Program-made: the position numbers and the translations under genes | The notes under the pieces: generated by a model | What the model saw: only the letters and a program-made list of their open reading frames with translations | Told to the model about the DNA's origin: nothing | The model's database searches: none | NCBI GenBank assembly: GCA_964492775.1 | Contig: CAZBLH010000003.1 | Span: 28,572 to 92,571, forward strand | Reading direction: 5' to 3' | DNA: 64,000 nt | Origin: an uncultured Eubacteriales bacterium | GTDB lineage: Bacteria > Actinomycetota > Coriobacteriia > Anaerosomatales > PHET01 | In this document: positions 39,785 through 47,961 of the stretch, piece after piece | Numbering within the stretch: the stretch's first letter is position 1 | Layout of the letters: each line of letters begins with the position of its first letter

Positions 39785-39936
39785 TGCTTTCTTTAACTAA
39801 TCTTAGCTTCGTTCATGACGGTAGCCGATGCGTCCCGATTGGTGGCAAGTCATCCTTATCGCTTCTGAACCTGCGACACCGTACCGGTCGTTTCTTGCGG
39901 ATCCACACCGCTCCCCTGGGCAGGCTCGGAGAATGA

Positions 39937-39966
39937 GGCGGGGTCGACCCTCAGGCCGACCCCGCC
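39937..39966 (-). terminator. Perfect 10-bp GC hairpin after the 14-heme cytochrome gene
   Basis: GGCGGGGTCG-N10-CGACCCCGCC starts 16 nt after the stop at 39982. There is no U-tract. Confidence 0.5.
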
Positions 39967-39981
39967 AGAGACACCAGACCC

Positions 39982-41733
39982 CTACCTGCGGGTGAAGTCC
40001 GTGACCGAACCGGCCGAGTGGTAGGCGTTCGGGCCGAAGTAGCCCATGCCATGGCACTTCAGGCAGGTACCGTCGTTGATGTTGCCGGCGTTACCATCGT
40101 GGAAGCCAGCGGCGTCGTCGATGACCTTGCGGCTCGGGTTGGTGGTACCGGTTTCAGACGGAGCGCCAGCCGTGTCACGCATGGTCGCGTCGCCCGCGTA
40201 CATCCAGAGGTTGCCGCTTGCAACGGTCGTCTCGGTCGTCGAGCCGTCGGCCTCGGTCTCCAGGACGACGATGTTGCGGTTGGCGTGCGGGAAGGCGCTC
40301 GAGTTGGTGGCCTTGCCCTTCATGTCGTGGCACGCGGCGCACTTGCTGTCTCGGCTTGCGTGACACGGCTCGCACCCGCGGATCATATTGGTGCTGTGGC
40401 CGGTCATGGCCTGGTCGAGCGTGCTGCTCGCTGCGGGATTCGATGCGCGAAGCTCGGCGTAGCCGTTCTGATTGACCGCAAACTGCGAGGAGCTGTGGCA
40501 GCCGGCGGCGCCACACGTGTAGCCGGTCACCATAGCGCGCATCACCGCCAGCCCCTGGTTTCCGCCGTACGAGTCGTTGGGCCCGAAGTCGTTGTCGCGG
40601 AACTCGTCCTCGTCGAACGATGCATAGTAGTCGTCCCCGTGTGACCCGCCGTTAGAGGCCACCGAGTCGGAGTTGGGCTGATTGTCGATGCTCGGAGCGT
40701 TGCCTGCGGCGAAGGCCGCTGCGAGTGCCGCATCATTGCGGGAGGTGAGGTTCCAAGCACGCACCGCTCCGTACTCGGAGGCCATCCCACCGTGAACGCC
40801 AGCGTGGCAGGCGCCCAGGCACTGGAAGCTCGAGTGCGGGCCACCCTGGCTATAGGTCGACGACCACTCGACGAGAGCGGTCGACACGGGATTCGCACCC
40901 GACGGGGTGTGGCATGCGACGCATGCCTGGGCACCCGGCGTGAGCTTCCAGTACGAACCGACACCAGCGGCGGCCAGATCGGACTGCGCGCGGTGGGCCG
41001 AGTGACACACAGCACACTTGGTGGTGTTGACGGCGTAGCCACCGTGCGGGGTGCTGCCGTTGACGGCTCCCGCGATCATGTTTGCCTCGGCCCATGTCAG
41101 ATACGGGTCCAATGAAGCGCCAGCGTAGTGTGCTCCAGGGTGACAGCTGTCACACCGCAGGTCGTCGGCGGCAATCGCAGCGATCACCTTCGGGTCCGTA
41201 CTGCTATGGCAAGCCCAGCAGTCGCCACCGTGCTCCGACAGGACGTCGGTCGTGTGGCAGTCGCCGCATGCGGCGTCGGGCAGGGCTCCCGTGTGAGGAG
41301 GGAACTCCCCGTGAGCCGGAGGAACCGAAGGACGAGAAGGATTGTGGCAGTCCTGACACTCGTACGTGCGGCTGGTGGTGGTGACGCCATCGGCGTTAAC
41401 CGTGCCGGGGATGAATGGATCCGAGTAGTGCCCCATCTGACCGGCGACTTCGGGCTCGTGGCAGTCCAGACACTCGTCATCCGACTGGACTTGACGGTGA
41501 TCGTCATAGTACGACGGACGTCGATTGAGCGGTTCGGTGCCGTATGGGTGACACGTCACGCAGTCGTTCCCGGCAGGGTGCGCGACCACGGTGTGACACC
41601 CGGCGCACTCCAACGCGAGCGCCGGAGCCGCATCAGCGATCAGCATGGTCACCGCGACTAGGAACAGTACGGCTACCACGACCGCCGTTCGAACGAACGC
41701 CCCTCGTTTGAGAGCTAGTGGCATCGTCATCAC
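39982..41733 (-). CDS. Secreted/anchored multiheme cytochrome c, 14 heme motifs (paralog 2 = 7-heme N-terminal module fused to the paralog core)
   Basis: 583 aa with an N-terminal hydrophobic signal/anchor (AVVVAVLFLVAVTMLIADAAPALA). Seven CXXCH lie in aa 40-200. From aa 201 or so (HYAGASLDPY..PHGGYAVNTTKCAVCHSAH) it is collinear with paralogs 1 and 3, including CLGACH and CGAAGCH. Confidence 0.88.
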   Translation of the reverse strand: MMTMPLALKRGAFVRTAVVVAVLFLVAVTMLIADAAPALALECAGCHTVVAHPAGNDCVTCHPYGTEPLNRRPSYYDDHRQVQSDDECLDCHEPEVAGQMGHYSDPFIPGTVNADGVTTTSRTYECQDCHNPSRPSVPPAHGEFPPHTGALPDAACGDCHTTDVLSEHGGDCWACHSSTDPKVIAAIAADDLRCDSCHPGAHYAGASLDPYLTWAEANMIAGAVNGSTPHGGYAVNTTKCAVCHSAHRAQSDLAAAGVGSYWKLTPGAQACVACHTPSGANPVSTALVEWSSTYSQGGPHSSFQCLGACHAGVHGGMASEYGAVRAWNLTSRNDAALAAAFAAGNAPSIDNQPNSDSVASNGGSHGDDYYASFDEDEFRDNDFGPNDSYGGNQGLAVMRAMVTGYTCGAAGCHSSSQFAVNQNGYAELRASNPAASSTLDQAMTGHSTNMIRGCEPCHASRDSKCAACHDMKGKATNSSAFPHANRNIVVLETEADGSTTETTVASGNLWMYAGDATMRDTAGAPSETGTTNPSRKVIDDAAGFHDGNAGNINDGTCLKCHGMGYFGPNAYHSAGSVTDFTRR

Positions 41734-41801
41734 GCACCCCCCGCTTCGGTACAGTCACCGCTGACGTGCCTGTCTGGCGAGCAGCAACCGTCTGATTAAC
41801 C

Positions 41802-41831
41802 ATTATTGCACGCCTCTGTGATTGTTGTGAA
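41802..41831 (-). promoter_or_regulatory. Candidate promoter for the 14-heme cytochrome gene
   Basis: The minus strand reads TTCACA-18 nt-AATAAT, about 70 nt upstream of the start at 41733 and just downstream of the terminator hairpin. Confidence 0.25.
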
Positions 41832-41866
41832 GAAGTATTGCCGTTCGGCACGGTTTGCAGCACAAA

Positions 41867-41902
41867 GATGAAGGAGCGGCACTGAGGCGCCACTCCTTCA
41901 TC
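41867..41902 (-). terminator. Rho-independent-like terminator after the NHL gene
   Basis: GATGAAGGAG-N16-CTCCTTCATC is a 10-bp perfect stem. On the transcribed strand it is followed by TTTGTG. It lies about 37 nt after the stop at 41939. Confidence 0.55.
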
Positions 41903-41938
41903 TTGACTCACCGCATTTCCCGGGCTGCGAGCGGCCCG

Positions 41939-43210
41939 TTATGAATCCGACAGGCTGTCCGCGAATGCCTGATTCTCGGCGAGCTCGGCCTGCCGCTGTG
42001 CACTTCTCTTGCGCAGCGCGCGCACGACGGCGACGACAGCCAGCACGAGCAGCAGCAACAGCAGCGGGATCAAGCAGGCCTTCAGCGGGCCGGACAGCAG
42101 GCGCCTAGCAGCGGCCGCGGCGGAGTCGCCCGAGTCCGGAACTCGGATGATCTGCGCACGCTGGTTGCCCGAGTCCGAGACCACGAACCAGTCATGGACA
42201 GCATCGTAGTCGATGTCGGCGGGGTACATGAACTTGCCGTCCTCGCGCCCGAACGTGCCCCACTTGCCCAGCACCGAACCGTCTTCCGTGTCGAATGCGG
42301 CGATGGAGAAGTCGAGCAGGTCGACGACGACCAGGCGCCCTGCCCCATCAATCGTGGCGCCCATGGGGGCCTGCATCATGGCCGGATACTCCTCTGCGAG
42401 CTTCTCTGCGTCGCCGGGGTCCATGTTGGAGCCCGCTCGGTTCGCCGGACGCCCGGTCTCGACGATCCAGACCCGCTCTCCTTCAGCGTCGTACTTGCTG
42501 ATCCGGTTGTTGAACGTGTCGACGATGTAGGCGTTGTTCTCATCGTCGAGCGCCACGCCATTGACGGTGTCGAACTGGTCGTCTTCAATGCCGCGAACGC
42601 CGATGATGCCGATGAGCTGTCCCTCGCGGTCGTACGCGGCGAACCCTGACTGGGCGCCGATGACAACCATCTCATCATTGGCCGCGACCGACATCGGACT
42701 CGGGATGTTGAGTGTCTGACGCAGAGTGCCGTTCTCGTCGTACGCCTTCACGGTGTTGTACGTCGACTGCACGACGTAGAGCCAGCCGTCAGGCGCGAGC
42801 GCGATGCGCGACGGGTAGTCGAACTTGTCCCCGTTGGCGGTGTCGCCCTCGAACACGCCGAGGTAGCGACCGTTCGCGTCGTACTTCACGATGCGGAAGC
42901 GTCCCTGGTCGGCAACCCAGATGGTTCCGCCTTCCGAAGGAATCGCGGCCGAGGCAGGCTCGGTCATCTGACTGATATCAGGCCCGTACCCGTAGATCGA
43001 ACGGATCCATGTCACGCCGCCGATCTCGTCGGCCTCGGGACCGTCGTTGTTCCCGAGAAGCTGGGTCAGCAGTCCGAAGGCGACGAGCAGGATGATGATG
43101 AGCAACGCCAGCAGAGCCGTCAGGATACGGCGACCTCGGCGCGACACGTACGCCTTGTTGTCCTGCGGCGGCTCAAGCACTACCGCCTGTTCGGAGATAA
43201 CAGGATCCAT
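41939..43210 (-). CDS. NHL-repeat beta-propeller protein with N- and C-terminal TM helices
   Basis: 423 aa. TM helices are at about aa 28-50 and 385-407. The region between has about 6 NHL-like blades (F.YP..IA...DG.LYV.D...N.V..YD..G). The ATG abuts the upstream TAG (TAGATG). Confidence 0.82.
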   Translation of the reverse strand: MDPVISEQAVVLEPPQDNKAYVSRRGRRILTALLALLIIILLVAFGLLTQLLGNNDGPEADEIGGVTWIRSIYGYGPDISQMTEPASAAIPSEGGTIWVADQGRFRIVKYDANGRYLGVFEGDTANGDKFDYPSRIALAPDGWLYVVQSTYNTVKAYDENGTLRQTLNIPSPMSVAANDEMVVIGAQSGFAAYDREGQLIGIIGVRGIEDDQFDTVNGVALDDENNAYIVDTFNNRISKYDAEGERVWIVETGRPANRAGSNMDPGDAEKLAEEYPAMMQAPMGATIDGAGRLVVVDLLDFSIAAFDTEDGSVLGKWGTFGREDGKFMYPADIDYDAVHDWFVVSDSGNQRAQIIRVPDSGDSAAAAARRLLSGPLKACLIPLLLLLLVLAVVAVVRALRKRSAQRQAELAENQAFADSLSDS

Positions 43211-44101
43211 CTACTTCTCAACTCCGATCTTCTTCAGGCCAGCGAGCGCTTCCTCGTAGTCAGGGATGAACCGGAGGGCTTCTCGGAAGTCCTTCTCGGC
43301 ACCCTCGGTGTCACCGAGTTCGGCCTTGGCGTTACCGCGCTCAACCAGAACCCCCGCCTCGCGAGGATGGTTGGCCAGGTACGTGTCGAACATCTCTACC
43401 GCCTGCTCCCACTTGCCGGTCTCGGCGTAGATGCCTGCCCGGCTGAGCGCGCTGAGATAGTAGTTCTGATGCCGGCCGTAGGCGACGGCCCAGTTCTGGA
43501 ACTCGCCGCCCTCCTTGTACTCCTTCTCGTAGGCCTCGTCCGTCTTCTTCATGACCTGCTCGAAGATCTTCGCGGCCTCGTTTAGCTCGCCCTGGGCCTT
43601 CTTGAGTTCAGCCTCGACGAACAGCATCTGGGATCCCTGAGACTGGTCGATTTTGTCATTGGAGTTGACTTCGTCGATCACGTCCTGCGCGCGCGAGAAC
43701 TCCTCGGCGGTGATCAGGGCCAGAACGTACGACTGGTACTGGTCGGCGTTGGCGTCCTCCTGCTTGACGGAGGACTCCCACCCCGCGAGATCGCGCTCGG
43801 CCTGGGTGCGCGGCGCCTGGTCAGGTCCGATGAAGCCGAAGAACAGCGCGGCGGCGACGGTCATCAGCGCGCCGACGACGATGAGAGCCGCCGCCCACCC
43901 CATGACTCGAACGACCGGGTCCTCCCAGATTGAACGCCGTCGTCTGACCGTGACGATCTGGCCGGTACCGGTAGCGCGCTCCGGGGCGGCCTGCCCGGCC
44001 TGCCCAGCGTCCACCGGCCCGAGATCCTCAGACCTCTGTGCCTCGTCCACCATCGAATACCTCCGCCTTCGAGTCTCACCCGTGCTCGCCTGAGCGCGCA
44101 T
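43211..44101 (-). CDS. Membrane-anchored TPR-repeat protein
   Basis: 296 aa. One TM helix (VMGWAAALIVVGALMTVAAALFFGFI) is followed by TPR-like helical repeats (AYGRHQNYYLSALSRAGIYAETGKWEQAVEMFDTYL..). Confidence 0.75.
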   Translation of the reverse strand: MRAQASTGETRRRRYSMVDEAQRSEDLGPVDAGQAGQAAPERATGTGQIVTVRRRRSIWEDPVVRVMGWAAALIVVGALMTVAAALFFGFIGPDQAPRTQAERDLAGWESSVKQEDANADQYQSYVLALITAEEFSRAQDVIDEVNSNDKIDQSQGSQMLFVEAELKKAQGELNEAAKIFEQVMKKTDEAYEKEYKEGGEFQNWAVAYGRHQNYYLSALSRAGIYAETGKWEQAVEMFDTYLANHPREAGVLVERGNAKAELGDTEGAEKDFREALRFIPDYEEALAGLKKIGVEK

Positions 44102-44136
44102 GCATTGCCTCGTGTCCGCGCGTGTTCATGCGGGTG

Positions 44137-45261
44137 TCAGCTTCCTGCTCGGCCCGAAACCACATCGCGCAGCACGTCCGCTCTCGCCGCAGCGCGCGCC
44201 GTCCAGGAGCACTCCTCCAGTGCCGCCCGTCTGCCGCTGCGACCGGCCAAAACCAGTTCGTGCGCCGCAGCAGTGAGCTCGGTGACGCGGCGAGCGAGAT
44301 CGTCCGCATCGCCAACAGCGAAAGATGCGCCACATTCATATTGCTTCACGATTTCTTCAAGACCGCCGGTGTCAGCGACCACGACAGGCGTTGCGCAAGC
44401 CATCGACTCGTAGAGCTTCAGCGGCGAGAATCCCGTCTCCGCGCGCTCCGGGGCGTTGATAGGAATCACCGACACGACTGCGTTGGCGACGACGGATCCC
44501 AGCTTGGCGTAGGGGACGTGCCCGAGGTAGATGAGCGAATCGGGGTGGCGTTTGCTCGCCGCCTCGATCTCGGGTGTCAGGACCCCGTCGCCCGCCACCA
44601 CCAGAGGAAGATCGGCAGGCCACGTCTCACTCTCGAACGCGCGCACCAGCACCTCGATGCCCTGCCACGGTGCGAAGTTGCCGAAGAACACGGCGTAACG
44701 CTCGGGCAGCCCAGGGTAGCGTGGCGAGGTATCGCAGAAGACCTCCAGGTTCACGCCATTGGGGATCACCACCGTCGCCGCTCCGGGCGCCTGCGTGCGG
44801 ACCCATTCGGCAAGTCCCTGGGTCACGCAGACCACGCGCGCCGACATCGCGTACTGCGAGCGCTGCATGGCATCAAAGACCCAGCGCAGCGCCCGTGCCT
44901 GGGGCCAGGCAAGATAGAGATCGGCGTACGTCCCGTTGCACTCCTGCACGACGGGGATACCGCGACGGGAGGCTGCGCGCGAACACAGCCACGCGAGCGG
45001 ATGGCCGCGAACGTAGAGCGCGTCGTACTCGGCGAGATGCGCGATCAGCGTGCGCTGAAGCCGGAGCATCTCGGCGATTCGGCCAAGCGGCCCGGGAGCT
45101 CCGCCAGGGCCGTACTCGGGAAACCAGCGATCAACGACGATACCGGTCTCCTCGAGACCGGTGATGACCTCGTTGACCGCGGCCCAGCTGTCGAGGCCCT
45201 CCGCGACCTGCTGCAGGCTCAGGTATGCGATTCTGAGGGATTGACCCATTTCCTGCCCCAC
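44137..45261 (-). CDS. Glycosyltransferase family 4 (paralog of 26255..27382)
   Basis: 374 aa. LRIAYLSLQ...VVQECNG...SPLKLYESMACATPVVVAD is collinear with the module-A GT4. Confidence 0.85.
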   Translation of the reverse strand: MGQEMGQSLRIAYLSLQQVAEGLDSWAAVNEVITGLEETGIVVDRWFPEYGPGGAPGPLGRIAEMLRLQRTLIAHLAEYDALYVRGHPLAWLCSRAASRRGIPVVQECNGTYADLYLAWPQARALRWVFDAMQRSQYAMSARVVCVTQGLAEWVRTQAPGAATVVIPNGVNLEVFCDTSPRYPGLPERYAVFFGNFAPWQGIEVLVRAFESETWPADLPLVVAGDGVLTPEIEAASKRHPDSLIYLGHVPYAKLGSVVANAVVSVIPINAPERAETGFSPLKLYESMACATPVVVADTGGLEEIVKQYECGASFAVGDADDLARRVTELTAAAHELVLAGRSGRRAALEECSWTARAAARADVLRDVVSGRAGS

Positions 45262-45310
45262 GCGTCAGGGATTTCGGCCTGCACGATGGTATCACCCCTC
45301 GTGGGCTCGC

Positions 45311-46651
45311 TCACGCCGAGTCCGGCATCGCGCGGCGGCGGATGCCCTCGTCCGCGCCGGCTGCAAGGCCCAGGGTGAACAGGGTCGTGCAAGCGAACGC
45401 CGGCATGCTCGAAGCCGGCAGGGCCATCCCCGTCACCAGCCAGGCTACGGCGGTGAGCGGGCCGAGTAGAGGCGCGGAAGCGTACCTGCGCAAGCCAGTC
45501 CAGGCCAGTGCGAGCACGGCGACTCCAAGCAACAGAGGCCCGCCCCAGACAAGGCGCTCGAGAAAGTCGTTGTGGAGGGAGACGCCTGCGGCCCACTCCG
45601 GAGGCTGGAGCAAGCCGAACGGGTGCTCCCGCCACAGAGCAATGCCGATGCGCCACCGCGCGAGTCTGCCGGCGGTCAGTTCGTCTGCGGCAGTGATTCC
45701 CTGCTCGGCCGTCCCCGCCTGGACGACTGCCTCCACCGACCGATGCAGGGTCTCAATGCGCGGCATCACGACCACCGTGCCGAGAATGACGGTCACCAGG
45801 AGGAGGACCAGGAACGCCAGACGGTACCAGCTCCGTCCCTTGCCCCTCGCGAAGCTGCGGCGCCGGATCCAGTGCACCCCCGCGATCATGACGCAGACAA
45901 CCGACGCGATCAGCGCCGTCCTTGAGGCCGACAGCAGCACGATGCCGAGGCCGGTGAGCACAGCGGTCCCGCGGGTTCTCGGCTGTCTGCCGCGCCAGGT
46001 CACGCCCCAAATCAGCAGTACGACGCCGAGCGCACCGGTGAAGTTCGGATCGATGTCGAGCGCGGCCGTCCTGAAGGACTCGGTGGGGTCTCGTGTCCAT
46101 ACCTGAATCGCCGAGGGCAGGGCACCGTTCCATGCGGCGAGTCCCGAAGCGAGCGGATTGCCCAATCCGAGGAAGTCCAGACCCTCGGCCCCAGCGACGA
46201 TGAGCGTGACGATGCCCACGACCGCATACATCGGCCCCGGGTACCGGGGATTCGTGACACCTGCCGAGAAGCCGATGTAGATGCTCGCCGCAAGCGCCAC
46301 TGGGAGCAGGCCCGACTCCACGGAGTAGAGCAATGCACCAGCCGGACTGGACGCGTGTATCGCGCCCGTGAGCGCGCGGACTCCCACGTCTAACGCGACC
46401 AGAACCACCCACGGCCACAGAGCACGCGTTGACGCGAACGCGTGGGCGGCGCCTCCCGGAGCGAGCGATAGCAGGAACGCGGCGGCGATCACCAGCAGGG
46501 TCGTGACCCTGACGCTTCCATCGAGAAGCCACAGCCGGTTGGCAAAGAGTGCGTTCAGTCCTATGGCGGCGATACCGCCCACCTGCAGCACGTCCACCAT
46601 GCTCGGGCGTTGCGAACCGTTCATCCACGGCCTCGCGGGATTGGTTGACAT
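45311..46651 (-). CDS. Wzy_C-family membrane protein (O-antigen polymerase/ligase-like)
   Basis: 446 aa, about 11 TM helices. SASRTALIA...GRLARWRIGIALWREHPFG...SLHNDFLERLVWGG. It has no C-terminal soluble domain. Confidence 0.78.
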   Translation of the reverse strand: MSTNPARPWMNGSQRPSMVDVLQVGGIAAIGLNALFANRLWLLDGSVRVTTLLVIAAAFLLSLAPGGAAHAFASTRALWPWVVLVALDVGVRALTGAIHASSPAGALLYSVESGLLPVALAASIYIGFSAGVTNPRYPGPMYAVVGIVTLIVAGAEGLDFLGLGNPLASGLAAWNGALPSAIQVWTRDPTESFRTAALDIDPNFTGALGVVLLIWGVTWRGRQPRTRGTAVLTGLGIVLLSASRTALIASVVCVMIAGVHWIRRRSFARGKGRSWYRLAFLVLLLVTVILGTVVVMPRIETLHRSVEAVVQAGTAEQGITAADELTAGRLARWRIGIALWREHPFGLLQPPEWAAGVSLHNDFLERLVWGGPLLLGVAVLALAWTGLRRYASAPLLGPLTAVAWLVTGMALPASSMPAFACTTLFTLGLAAGADEGIRRRAMPDSA

Positions 46652-46795
46652 CGATTGTGAGTCCTTCGTTGCGAGTTTGCGGCCTCAGGCTGCGCCGCCT
46701 CAGGGACTGTTGTCAAGGTCACCCGCGGAGCAGGCCGGCCACGGAGCACGCGGGTGATACGATGCACGGCAGACTATGAGCGACCGAACGGGACC

Positions 46796-47920
46796 ATGAG
46801 CCGACTCCACATCACCCTGTGCACGCACCTTTTTCCCTCCGAGGTGACGGAGCTGTCCGGGCCGTGGCTCGCAGAGCAGGCGGACGCTCTCGCAGCTCGC
46901 GCCGATGTCTCCGTGCTCGCATGTCTTCGCCGCTGCCGAAACCGGGACGAGACGCGCGCCAGCGGCGTACGCGTGTTGTATCGGCAGACAGCCCTGGTGC
47001 CGGGTACTGGCCGGATTGCGCTGCTGGCTGCCGCGGTCCGGTACCGGGCGATCGCAGGTCGGCTCCTGGAGCGGCTCGATCCGCCGCCCCATGTGCTCCA
47101 TGCGCACTTCGGGTTCCCCGACGCCGTCGTGGTGGCAAGCGTCGCCCGACGGCTGGGGCGGCCCTGGGTCGCCACTCTGCACGGCGATGACGCGTTCTTC
47201 CTGTTACGGCGCCGTGATCCGCTCGGAGCGCTGATCCGACGGGCGCTCCATCAGGCTTCGGCGGTCGTATGTGTGAGCCCTGCGATGGGCGAAGCAGTAC
47301 GTGAGGTCCTCGGCGCGAACACCCAAGTGGAGATCATCGAGAACGGCTTCGACGACGCGCTGTTCGCACCCGGCGAGGGACCGGTCTCGGCGCGCCCGGG
47401 CGGCGTGCTGTTCGCCGGCACGCTCACGCCGGTCAAGAACGTCGACGTGCTCCTCCATGCCTACGCGTCCCTCGTGGACCCTCCCCCGCTCACGATCGTG
47501 GGAGACGGGCCTCTTCGCACGGCTCTCGAGCACCTTGCAGCTCAACTAGAGGTTGATGCTCGAGTCCTCTTTCTCGGAGTGCAGGGGCGCGAAGAGGTGG
47601 CGCGCCTGATGAGGGAGGCACGCGTACTCGTCATCCCGAGCGCCAGCGAGGGCTATGGGATGGTGGCGGCCGAGGCGCTTGCGTGCGGAACGCCCGTCGT
47701 AGCGAGCGATGTGGGCGGCCTGCCACGTATCGTGACCTCCGCTGAGGCGGGGGCACTGGTAGCGCCGGGCGACAGCGAGGCGCTTCGGGACGCGATCGAG
47801 TGCGTTCTCACGGCCGAGTGGGAGCCGAAGGCCGTCGCTGCGGCCTCGGGCGCGCGGCCCTGGCGCGAGCCTGCGCGGGAGCTGCAGGCGCTCTACGAGG
47901 ATGTTCTCAACGGGAGATGA
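46796..47920 (+). CDS. Glycosyltransferase family 4
   Basis: ATG 46796 (MSRLHITLCTHLFP). E-x7-E region is SEGYGMVAAEALACGTPVVASD. The track ORF begins at an upstream GTG (46754). Confidence 0.85.
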   Translation: MSRLHITLCTHLFPSEVTELSGPWLAEQADALAARADVSVLACLRRCRNRDETRASGVRVLYRQTALVPGTGRIALLAAAVRYRAIAGRLLERLDPPPHVLHAHFGFPDAVVVASVARRLGRPWVATLHGDDAFFLLRRRDPLGALIRRALHQASAVVCVSPAMGEAVREVLGANTQVEIIENGFDDALFAPGEGPVSARPGGVLFAGTLTPVKNVDVLLHAYASLVDPPPLTIVGDGPLRTALEHLAAQLEVDARVLFLGVQGREEVARLMREARVLVIPSASEGYGMVAAEALACGTPVVASDVGGLPRIVTSAEAGALVAPGDSEALRDAIECVLTAEWEPKAVAAASGARPWREPARELQALYEDVLNGR

Positions 47921-47961
47921 GCCGCCGGTGACGAGCAGCGCGGCATGCGCTCTCGCTGCCT

